A stretch of 64,000 nt of DNA from NCBI GenBank assembly GCA_000091205.1, contig AP006497.2; one strand, given 5' to 3'. Each line of letters begins with the position of its first letter. Within the stretch, counting starts at the first letter, position 1. Under the pieces are notes generated by a model. It was not told the DNA's origin, did no database searches, and worked only from the letters and a program-made list of their open reading frames with translations. The position numbers were made by a program, and so were the translations under genes. Origin of the DNA: Cyanidioschyzon merolae (lineage: Eukaryota). This document shows positions 1-9,481 of this stretch, in pieces.

Positions 1-18
1 GCCCATTCGGACCTGTTC

Positions 19-1281
19 TTGGCGTTGTTTGCACGTCTTGCGAAAAACATGCCGGACTTTGCGTTCGTCACGACTGTTCATCACAAATTTAACACTCATT
101 CGCATACCGTCTGTCGTAATAAAAGTAAATCCAGGTGCAGAAAAGGCCTAGCGAACGTCGAAAGCCTACTTGACGCTCACGGAGACGGCCTTGAGCAACG
201 ACCGACGCCGCAGTCTGTATTGGCGCACAAGGCGCTCCGAGCCGGTCAAGTGGGACTCTCTTCAAGTTCTCGATCAGACTACCAACAAAAGCCGGTCGAC
301 ACGGACACACCACCGTGTGTGGTCAAGGTTTTCGGCGTTGGCGGTGGCGGGTGTAACGCGATCTCTCGTATGCTGGAAGACGGAGAGTTCCGCGGGGTGC
401 GGTTCGCTATCGCCAACACAGATCATCAGGCATTGATAGAGTTCAAGAAAAAATACATTTTATATACGCAGAACGCTGTTCTAGAAACAGTTGTTCCACT
501 GGGTGAAAGCATCTGCAGAGGCCTCGGTGCTGGGGGCAACCCCGAGGTCGGCTGCGCAGCAGCCGAAGAGTCCCACGATCGCATCGCACAGGCGATTGGT
601 GTCGGGACAGACCTCCTGTTTATTACCGCGGGCATGGGCGGCGGCACCGGCACCGGAGCCGCTCCCGTTGTTGCGCGCATTGCCAAGAGTCTCGGAGCGC
701 TCACCGTTGGGGTGGTCACCAAGCCGTTCTCATTCGAGGGCCGCCATCGAATGCAGCAGGCCTTGGATGGCGTTGCTGCGCTTCGTGAAAACGTGGACAC
801 ACTCATCGTTGTCAGTAATGACCGCCTCATGCATGTGGTTCCCAAGAATATGCCGCTCAAGAGAGCTTTTCGGGTAGCAGACGACGTTTTGAAAAATGGT
901 GTGCGCGGCATTTCCGAATTAATCACGCGACCTGGTCTCATTAATGTGGATTTCGCTGACGTTCGCTCGGTCATGGCCGAAAAAGGCTACGCGCTTCTCG
1001 GATTGGGAACAGGAAGCGGCGAGCGCCGAGCTAAGGAGGCAGCACTCGCCGCGGTGTCCTCGCCACTGCTTGATTTCCCTCTGAACAGCGCAAAAGGCGC
1101 AGTGTTCAATATTTGCGGTGGACCCGATATGACGCTCAGCGAAGTGAACCAGTGTGCGGAGGTCATATTCCAGCATCTGGATCCTGACGCGAGCATCATT
1201 TTTGGGGCAACGGTGGATCCGACGCTTGGGCCGCGCGCTGATATCTCCGTTACTGTCGTTGCGACCGGGTTTGCGTCCTAA
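19..1281 (+). CDS. ftsZ: FtsZ tubulin-like GTPase for organelle division, with a ~100 aa N-terminal presequence
   Basis: The ORF contains the FtsZ/tubulin signature GVGGGGCNA and the motifs FITAGMGGGTGTGAAPVVA and VVTKPFSFEGRHRMQQA, followed by DTLIVVSNDRL, which are collinear with bacterial FtsZ. The first ~100 aa are unrelated and rich in basic and hydroxylated residues, as expected for a transit peptide. The protein ends without the conserved C-terminal core peptide. Confidence 0.9.
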   Translation: MALFARLAKNMPDFAFVTTVHHKFNTHSHTVCRNKSKSRCRKGLANVESLLDAHGDGLEQRPTPQSVLAHKALRAGQVGLSSSSRSDYQQKPVDTDTPPCVVKVFGVGGGGCNAISRMLEDGEFRGVRFAIANTDHQALIEFKKKYILYTQNAVLETVVPLGESICRGLGAGGNPEVGCAAAEESHDRIAQAIGVGTDLLFITAGMGGGTGTGAAPVVARIAKSLGALTVGVVTKPFSFEGRHRMQQALDGVAALRENVDTLIVVSNDRLMHVVPKNMPLKRAFRVADDVLKNGVRGISELITRPGLINVDFADVRSVMAEKGYALLGLGTGSGERRAKEAALAAVSSPLLDFPLNSAKGAVFNICGGPDMTLSEVNQCAEVIFQHLDPDASIIFGATVDPTLGPRADISVTVVATGFAS

Positions 1282-1608
1282 TGAAACTAGACCGCAAGCG
1301 TTCCATGCAGTACAGATTGCTATAAACAAGGAAGCTCGTTGCTATGGAATGTCCATCGAGTCGGCGCGAGCGTCGATAATCTCGCTGGGGGCCTCATCAT
1401 TCATATGCAATCCCTGATTTTTCCCAAGCGAGCAGTGCTCCAATGCCACACACGCGATGGTCACTCGGTGTGATACCACAGCCATTCCGTTGGTAAGGAA
1501 GGATTCCTGTGCGCCCGAGCGGCTTCTCTCGGCACTCTATAACAAGCAAAAAGCTCGTGCCGGCTCGTAGCAGGGGCAGCGATGTGCGCTTCGCCACCAT
1601 GGACCGCT

Positions 1609-3747
1609 TCACAGGGTCAGCGTCGTCCGCTCCGTATCCGTCTCGATCAAACCGTCGTCCTCAAATGCCGCCTGACCTAGCAGATTGGTCTCGGTCAAGT
1701 GATCCAGCTCGGGAATGTCGGCCATGCCGCGTGAAACCCGGATTCGGTGGAGCATGTCCACAATCTTCGGATGCAGATGTTTCAACGCAAGCTCACGTCG
1801 TGGATCGTCGCGCTCCCAGCTGCGAAAAAATGGACCAGGAACCCGCAGTATTCCATTCTCAATATCATCCAAACAGTAGTCAAGGGTGAATACCCGATAG
1901 AAGTACTCTCCAAAGAAGCGATTATCCCGAAGGCCGCTTCGCACTGGCGCCCCGTGGACCATTCTAACGTGGATGAACATCACATTGTAGAGAACGACCC
2001 AAAATCTGATTTTCGCGTGATCATCTGTTAGCGTTCGCGGATCCGCTGACTGCAACTGCGACGCCGCGAACAAATACTCCTCGCTCGGCAGCTTTCGATG
2101 CTGCATGCATTCGCGGCGAATACGTTGCAGCAGCGATTCAACCAGCTCAATGGCACTTGCCAGAATCGGGTTCCCGGTAAAGTCGGAAGCAAGGTTCAAG
2201 ACCCGTCGCGCAGGCTGTCGCCATTTCTCGTGTGCAGCAAAGAGCTCTTTCGCTCCGGCGTCCTGGAGTGCCTGGGGCTCGCGTGTTGCCCGGCGATGGG
2301 CATGGGTGCCGCGCGGCCACCACGAGTTTATCGCTCGGGTCACCCGGCGAAAGCCCTCGGCCGCGTGTCCTGCACTAGAGGCGGCATCGAAAGACAAAAA
2401 ATCTCGCTTTTCGAATGCATCGGGCCCCAGAAGCTTACTCGCATCTACACGGTGCAAATGACGAAAGTCGATGCCTTTGAAGAAAGGATGCAACTTGAGT
2501 GCACGCATCGTAATGCGTTGGGCTGGATCCTTGTTGAGAAGCTTCTCCACAAGGTCTCGACCCGAACTTGTCGGAAGACATGACTTGGGGAACGCAACGT
2601 CGTCTTTCAAGATACTTTGAAAGAGTAAGTAATCTGTTTCGCCACGGAACGGGAGCTCGCCGCCACACAGCATCTGGTATAGGACGACACCGAGCGCCCA
2701 GAGATCGCTCTCGAACCCGCCTCCTGGTCGTTCTCTTCGGAGCTGCTCTGGTGCTAGATAAGCGAAAGTACCAACAAAGGAATCGTAACGATGTTTGTCC
2801 TGCGGCCGCGGAGACCGCCCCGCCAGTTCGTCATCCGGTGTTTTGCCCAAAATGGCGGCAACGCCGAAGTCTGCAAGCTTACAGTGGCCCTTGTTCCCAA
2901 TGAGAATATTGTGTGGCTTCAAATCGCGATGGACGATGCCGTTTTTGTGAATCAAATCGACCGCGGACACAATCTCTGCAAAGTAGAAGCGCGCTGCATC
3001 AAGGCTCAAGGCGCCGACATGATTCCCACCGCTCGGAGCCGCCCCGTTCGGCTCACGCTTCTGGAATCTGTCTCGATGCGACGGATGCGGCGTTTCGCTT
3101 GAAGCGCGCCTACGAGCGAGCAGGCGCGCCAGGTCACCGTGTGGGCAAAGCTCTATAACCATATAGAGAAAGTTCTCATCCTCCAGAATAGCTTTCAGCT
3201 GCACGATGTTTGGATGGCCCAGTCCCACTTGTAAACAAATCTGCTCTGTTCGCAGGGGGAGCACCTGCTCATTCTGCTCTGCCAAAGCTTTCGAGATAAC
3301 TTTCACCGCATACTCCCTCCCGGTCGGAAGGTAAGTAGCTCGCAGCACCCGCGAGCATGCACCCTCTCCTATCAGTTCCGTCGCTTTGAAATCAGCGCGC
3401 GATGCACCCTGTAGCTCAAGAGGCGGAACGCCAGGCAGCAGGGCAATGAAATGACGGCGAGCATTGCGCTCGCCGTCGGTATGCCAGGAGTGGCTGTCCG
3501 CTACTGGGGGGCTTGTTTTGCTCGAGACTTCCGGGACCGGCGGCTGATGCGGTAGCATTTGGTCTGTCTCTTTCTCAGATTCGTCCCGAGAATCTTCGAA
3601 GCACACAACAGGCTCCGGTTTAGCGGATGTGTCCACAGGGAGACCGGCCGCGCAGCCACCCTTGATGCCTCGCTCGAGTTCGGCAAACCAACTTTCATCC
3701 ACTGCCCAGGAGGGCGTCCGGCGCTCCCGGCGCCACGTACTCATCAT
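1609..3747 (-). CDS. PDK1-like Ser/Thr protein kinase with a C-terminal DUF547 domain
   Basis: The kinase motifs GEGACSRV...YAVKVISK, HRDLKPHNILI, DFG, SFVGTFAYLAPE and DLWALGVVLYQ are present. The C-terminal lobe (DYLLFQSILKDDVAFPK...RDLVEKLLNKDPAQRI) closely parallels PDK1. The C-terminal ~200 aa contain the DUF547 signature (IRFWVVLYNVMFIHVRMVHGAP ... FFGEYFYRV ... DDIENGILR). Confidence 0.8.
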   Translation of the reverse strand: MMSTWRRERRTPSWAVDESWFAELERGIKGGCAAGLPVDTSAKPEPVVCFEDSRDESEKETDQMLPHQPPVPEVSSKTSPPVADSHSWHTDGERNARRHFIALLPGVPPLELQGASRADFKATELIGEGACSRVLRATYLPTGREYAVKVISKALAEQNEQVLPLRTEQICLQVGLGHPNIVQLKAILEDENFLYMVIELCPHGDLARLLARRRASSETPHPSHRDRFQKREPNGAAPSGGNHVGALSLDAARFYFAEIVSAVDLIHKNGIVHRDLKPHNILIGNKGHCKLADFGVAAILGKTPDDELAGRSPRPQDKHRYDSFVGTFAYLAPEQLRRERPGGGFESDLWALGVVLYQMLCGGELPFRGETDYLLFQSILKDDVAFPKSCLPTSSGRDLVEKLLNKDPAQRITMRALKLHPFFKGIDFRHLHRVDASKLLGPDAFEKRDFLSFDAASSAGHAAEGFRRVTRAINSWWPRGTHAHRRATREPQALQDAGAKELFAAHEKWRQPARRVLNLASDFTGNPILASAIELVESLLQRIRRECMQHRKLPSEEYLFAASQLQSADPRTLTDDHAKIRFWVVLYNVMFIHVRMVHGAPVRSGLRDNRFFGEYFYRVFTLDYCLDDIENGILRVPGPFFRSWERDDPRRELALKHLHPKIVDMLHRIRVSRGMADIPELDHLTETNLLGQAAFEDDGLIETDTERTTLTL

Positions 3748-4951
3748 TTCGAGCTAGGCCGCTCTCACCACCGACGAAGAATCGAAAAGTTTCCCCGAAG
3801 CTGGAACTCTACAGAAAGCGTTGGCGCCCCGCGCGCTTCCCCAAAAGCTTGCGCCGAGCTCACCCCGCAGTTGCGTTCCAAGCAGCAACCTCCGGCACAA
3901 ACGAGGGCTCCCTGCTGACTTCCGACCCTCTGGGCGCGAGCCCCAATGGAGGCGACGCTCAATTCGAGTCCCTAAGTCCTTATTGTCACGCACGCGTGAT
4001 GCACCACAGAAATCGGCGGTATACTCCACCAACCAATCACGTATTCAACATTGGAGGAAAAATGCCACGCATACGCGGACGTCCCGCGCTGCATGCGTGC
4101 CGCGAGTGGCGCACGCACATTCGACTGAACGCACCCGATATCTAGCGGACACGTGTCCATATTGCTCGAATCGGCGATGTTGCCGACGGCACGTCGACGG
4201 GCATCGGTGAGCAGCAGGCACCAGCGCATGCTTGGGAATGTTCGCTGCGCTACACGCTGAGCCATCGGAAGCGAAGAGGTATATAGTGCGACAAAAGTGT
4301 GAAAGCAGCGTGTACCAATGGTTTGAAATACCTCTCCGGATTATAAAATGTACAGAACGCAGTTGATGCGTCAGGGCAAACATGCGTTGACTTTACAAAG
4401 TTGGTAGATTGTTGTGTGCTTTTACGCAGAGATATATAGTATGGTGACTTGGTAGCTCCGTGTTAAGGAGTGGATGTTCGTGTCCTCACAAGGCAGATAT
4501 TCAGTTTGATTTATGCACGTCCACACAACAGCAGCCGAGTGGGCGCAGAGCATGCAGCGGCGGCGGTAGCGGTTGTCAAAACTGCCGCACTCGATTTCTT
4601 GTCGAGCATCGTTTGGGATCGATAAGAGCGCCCAGATGCGGTCGCTTCTGGCGAATGGAGCTTTCGCGCTGCGTACGCACGCGGAAGCGATAGGTAACCT
4701 CGATTTAGGTGCTGGAACGGCCGGGAAAACTCAACAAACTCGGGGGCTCGGCGTACTTGCCAGCGTTTGACTTGTAAAGCCACCGAAAGAAAACCAGAAG
4801 GACCTACACGAAACGTTCTAACCGTGGCCTGTGCCAGTGCACAAGCTCGAGTCACTCGAGAACCTCTACATGCAGTGCATCGCGGCAAACGAGTTCGGAA
4901 GCTTTTTCAAGACATGAAGCACCTCAACTGGATTCGCTTGTGGTACGATCC

Positions 4952-7122
4952 CTGACACCGATTGATGGAGCACCGTGGTCGTTAGCCAGGTGCATGGGAA
5001 ATTCGGTCTCGATGGATCCAGGTATTACTGGATTCCCTCTGCATTCTCGGTATTTGCACCGTTCCACAGCCTTGCTCCACGCGTGGTCCGAATGTCCTCT
5101 CTGCTGCGCTGATTTTTTCATCGCAAGTCATCTGCGTATCGGAGCCATGCCACAGTGCGTCCGAAACGATGCCTGCGGACGCTCCTGGGGCACGACATCC
5201 TTCCGCATGTCGATCGAGCCGCTCAAGTCCAGGTTGAGCGTGTGTTTGCGCGCACGGTTGCTCCTGGGGCACTCCACAGGGAGCAGCTCGCATGCTAGTG
5301 CCTCGCATTCGGACGTTCAGGCATGTTTCCGCACTCCGTACCGTGCATTTGTCTCTATTTGACGCCCCTGTGCTCTGCTTGTTTCGGCGTACGGTTGTAT
5401 GCATGATGAGCGTAGATGCCGTTCAGGAGGCATCGACGAGCCTCGAAGAGAATCGATTCGTGAACGTGTGTGACGCTCTCGTCGACGGAGCAGGAGCGCA
5501 GCCTTTGCGCGTGAGCGCACGTCCAGCGTCGTGCGCTGCTACCAGACGACCCGAGATGTTAGTCGTGATCGTGGCGAACATGTTGAACGGGGTGGCGAGT
5601 GCGCGCTTCTTCCCGCCGACCAGCGGAAGCTGCTTGGGAGCCCCAGCTCAACCGCGTGGTCCCGTGTCCTCCTGCCGAAAATCCTTCTCATGAGCCGTGT
5701 GCATACTCGTGTATGTACTGGTGCACAGCACCCCTTGTATCTGTACCCGCTTTTCTGGGCCTCTGCGGCGGCGGTACATTGCGCAAAAGATGCACTCTAC
5801 AGGGACGCACAGACGGTTGTTGCGGAGAGTTTGGTACTCTTTGGCACTGGCGCTGTCGGTGTTCCTGTCGCTGAGCAGCATGGCAGTGCATCGAAGGATG
5901 CTGGAAAGCCCGTGTGTGTGTGTGTGTGTGTGCGTCGCTGGTCCGCCGATTAGGCCGCATTGCATCCGCGGTGCCGAACATCACGCTTCATGTCGCATGC
6001 GGGTTTGGTCGAGCAGGTCTAGGCCAGTGTGGACATCCGGCACACTTGCACCCGGAATGCCGTCGAACTGCTTGCTCGACGAGGCGCTTCCGTGCAAGGA
6101 CAGCGAAACGAGTATTTCTCGAGTGAAGCGTTACACGCTCATTCATGACGCTCTGTGTCGTTGCGCGTGTCGGATACGAACGACTCGCCTACTGATGCGT
6201 GATCCTCGAAGCGGTGTAGAAGCATTAGGAAGGCGGATTTGGCCCGATGGAACCAGGGAGCATCGGCTAGCACGTGGCGCACCTGAACGCCTATGCCAGC
6301 TGCGTACGCCTTGACCACGTATCAGAGATGGAAAGCGACGCTGCCCCTGAACAGGACAGACGCGTACGGGAAGCAGAAGCCAGGAAGCGTGCATCGACGA
6401 AGAGTGCGCTGTTGAGCGATCCAGTCTGGTTGGTGATTCACAGGAGACCGCATCCTTGGATGGTCGTTCGCGTTGATGTCGACGGCATGCTCGTTTGACT
6501 GTTCTGAGCAGACCGAGGCTTGCCCCTGTTTGCGTATCCATTGTGGAAGTCGACCAAGTCTTCTTGCGTGGAGCCTCGTCGAGCGAGACGATCTCTGGCC
6601 CCTGCCACGCTCCGCCCTCGCGTTCCAGCATGACGCCGATGGTGTGGTATGCATCGTGCGTCTGTCTCCCCGAGAAGCGTCCTTTCTTTCTTTCGTGCTT
6701 CGTCCATGGTGTCTCTTCGTCACTGTTCGTATCAACGGCACGCGGAATTCGGAAGCTCCGGCTTCTCTGAAAGTACTTCCTGCACAACGCGTAGAATGGG
6801 ATGGATTGACGAGTACTGGGTTGCATAGGCAGCGTTTTCATCAATTTTGTTTACGGGTTATGACATTCAGAGCAGGGACTTGCACGGTATTTGGTCCAGT
6901 GGCTATCGCAGATTGACTGCATTGGACAAGCACCGCCGTTCTTTTTCGCGAGCTTGCACTCGCAGCATCACGGCATTCCGTAACCTTTCTCCAGAGCGCA
7001 GGATACAATCCTCTGTATTGAATCGCTGTGCGAGAAACAAAAACAATACGGGTGTGCTGGCGCAGCTTCTCCAGAATTCACTGGTCTGAGCGTAACGCCC
7101 GAAAGGTGTTGGAAGCAGCGAG
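4952..7122. repeat. Copy A of a ~2.17 kb dispersed direct repeat, non-coding, containing a (GT)n microsatellite at ~5914-5936
   Basis: It is near-identical to 18771..20939, with an offset of ~13,817-13,819 bp. The six-frame ORFs inside the two copies are the same except for scattered substitutions in every frame. The first base pairs form the stop codon of ORF 4767..4955. Confidence 0.85.
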
Positions 7123-7438
7123 TCGCGTCTCGTCTCGACACTATTCCTTCCCAGCACCTGGATCGCATCGGAAACCGATCACGCAACGCGTTCGCCATCG
7201 TACCAGCAACGAGACGCCCTAGAGGCACGCGCACCATCAACGCATCACGATGATCAGCGTACGTACATCGAAAGCGCCTCTGCCCCGCCATTGTCCCTGT
7301 CTCCCAGCAGGTGTGGCGCTGCCGTCTGGCCGCATCGCTGGCGCGCAAAGCGCTGCATTCGCCAGCGCTGGGACACGCTGCCGATCCCGCCATCTTGGCA
7401 TTTCGAATCCGTGAGCGCTGGGGGCCGCGCGTTCCCGG

Positions 7439-8881
7439 GTGCTCTCGTTCCGGTTCCGTAGTCGCTTACGGGATATGCCTGTGGGCAGCGGGGTAGAACC
7501 CCAGGCGGCTGCGTTTGAAAGTCTGCAGCCGCCCTGGCTGGGCTCGAAACCTCCACATACACAATCTACGCGAGATGACTTAGAAGCTGTTATGACAGAA
7601 CAGAAACTGGAGTTGGAGAGCGCCCAGAGACAACGTTTAGCTCGTTTGGAGGAGCGAGCGCGAAACCAGGATAAGGTTATCGCTCGGTTACAGAGAGAGC
7701 TCTATGAAGCTCGAAGGCTTATTGAGGAAAGAAAAACCAGTCCAACACTGGTGGACGCAATCCGGGTACCCGCAGGTGTTCAAACGACAACGTCCAGCGC
7801 CGGCAAACAACACGACGTCGCATCGCTCGCGCTGCAACTTGAGGCGGCCAAAGAGGCACTCGCAGCTGAGCAGAGAAATAGGCAGGAAACTGAGAGGCTC
7901 AGTGAACGATTGGCGAAATCTTTTGACTCGTATCTGCAGGAGATGGAGCGACGTCAGCGCGCTCAGGAGCAGGAATACCGTCGCCAGGAGATGCACCTTC
8001 GAGGAGAGCTTCGGCGTTGCAACATGGCAAAGGCGCACCTGGAGGAGCAGCTCGAGCTGGAAAAAGAGTCACTCCGTGCGGCCCAGCAGGAACTCCGTGG
8101 GCTGCGCTCCAGGGTGGAAGGCACCATAGAGGACATGAAGGCTCGCCAGCTGCAACTGGAAGAGGGAAAGCGGGAGCTCGAGCGAAATCTGAATAAACTC
8201 TCCGATCAGCTTGAGAAAGAGCGCACTCTCTTTCAAAGCGAGCGCGAACGTTTTCAACAGGCGTCCCGTGAGGCGTACACGATGCTGAGCGAATCCGCCG
8301 CCCGGAGTGATGAACTCGAAAAACGACTCGCTGAGACTCAAGCGCAAATGCAACAGCTTCGAATCGAATTCGGCAGTCAGTTGCAGGCTGAGGTAGCACG
8401 CTCTGCTGCACTTGAGCGCGACCTTGACAGATATCGCCAGCGAAATCGACAGTTCGAAGACCGTATTGACGAGCTACTTACCGTGAATCAGAAACAGGCG
8501 GAGGAACGCGCCTCCCTTCGGGCGGAAATACGACGACTGACCGACGAACTGGTACGTGTTCAAGCACGCAGCACATTCGCTGAACGACGCCTTCAAGATC
8601 TGCTTCTGGATGCATCAAGCCCGCAAACGGAGGCAAACCTGCTCCCGGGAGATACAGGTGACGTCCCGACGCCATTGTCGGGCAGCATCATGAAAAAAAC
8701 GTCTCCCTCAAGCGTCCACAAGCTTCAGAACATCGAATCGTCCCTTCGTGGCATTTCCGAAGAAAATGCAGCGTTCCGAGCCAAGGTTCGCGCCTATCTG
8801 GACAAGCGAACTCCCGAGCCGCGCAGTCGTTCACTCGCTGATGATACGCATACAAGATCTCAGAAGGGAACGCCTCCATAG
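7439..8881 (+). CDS. Coiled-coil protein (E/R/Q/L-rich heptad-like sequence), function unknown
   Basis: This 480 aa ORF is dominated by charged heptad-like sequence such as LQLEEGKRELERNLNKLSDQLEKERTLFQSERERFQQ, and no enzymatic motif is present. Confidence 0.5.
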   Translation: MLSFRFRSRLRDMPVGSGVEPQAAAFESLQPPWLGSKPPHTQSTRDDLEAVMTEQKLELESAQRQRLARLEERARNQDKVIARLQRELYEARRLIEERKTSPTLVDAIRVPAGVQTTTSSAGKQHDVASLALQLEAAKEALAAEQRNRQETERLSERLAKSFDSYLQEMERRQRAQEQEYRRQEMHLRGELRRCNMAKAHLEEQLELEKESLRAAQQELRGLRSRVEGTIEDMKARQLQLEEGKRELERNLNKLSDQLEKERTLFQSERERFQQASREAYTMLSESAARSDELEKRLAETQAQMQQLRIEFGSQLQAEVARSAALERDLDRYRQRNRQFEDRIDELLTVNQKQAEERASLRAEIRRLTDELVRVQARSTFAERRLQDLLLDASSPQTEANLLPGDTGDVPTPLSGSIMKKTSPSSVHKLQNIESSLRGISEENAAFRAKVRAYLDKRTPEPRSRSLADDTHTRSQKGTPP

Positions 8882-9481
8882 GGTTTTCACGTGCATCGAC
8901 AGACACAAGTAGGTGCAGTTTCCGCGCTAAGCGGCTTCATCGCATTGGATCTTTCGAGGTAGGCGCGTGAGCGCTTCGAATTCCGTCGGACTTGCTTTAC
9001 GAATCGAAGTGGATCCGTATGGCAAGCGCCCATGCATGCCTCTCTGGGTCAAGAAGAAGCTGCCATGCGCTGCATGCTCTTGCAGCCAATATTCCATGAC
9101 GCTGCTTTATGGGCAAGAATTTTCCGCCGCTTACACGATCCAACGCCAATGCCAGCATCAACAACGGCTTGTCCGTAAGTTTACAACAGTGTCTGGACTA
9201 TGCTTACATGGTGACAACGACGGGAACCGTCGTCGTCGCGCCGCAACGCTGCACCTGACTCGCGTGCCCTACAGAGACAGAGAGAGAGAGAGAGACAGCG
9301 CGCTTTTCGCTCCTCACCACCAGGTCAATAACGTGCATGCCTATCGCACGCGTGCAGGCCTGGTGATCGCAGGTGCAGCACCGACAAGCCAGCTTCCTAT
9401 CGCGTGTGCTGGCCATCCGCGAGGTGCTATTCCCGATTAAACAGCACCCGATCTCAATAAAGTCTGAGTACCCATTCCACG

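Noticed and set aside
89-1329. Antisense or overlapping ORFs on the opposite strand of FtsZ (e.g. 426-974 minus, 919-1329 minus). Similar shadow ORFs lie opposite the kinase, ERCC6, PPase, ABC, DEAD-box and VDAC genes
   Set aside because: High GC content generates long stop-free shadow frames. Each overlaps a gene with strong motif support, and none has its own motifs.
4952-5120. The head of the repeat as 5S rRNA or 7SL RNA
   Set aside because: A comparison by eye with the 5S consensus (GCCTACGGCCATACC...) and with the 7SL Alu-domain start, on both strands, shows no convincing match.
5697-6844. The ORFs inside the 2.17 kb repeat (205 aa, 233 aa, 147 aa) as a transposase or gag-like gene
   Set aside because: They have no recognisable domain and an R/S/A-rich composition typical of GC-rich random frames. 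Substitutions between the two copies change amino acids in every frame, so none of them is under coding constraint.
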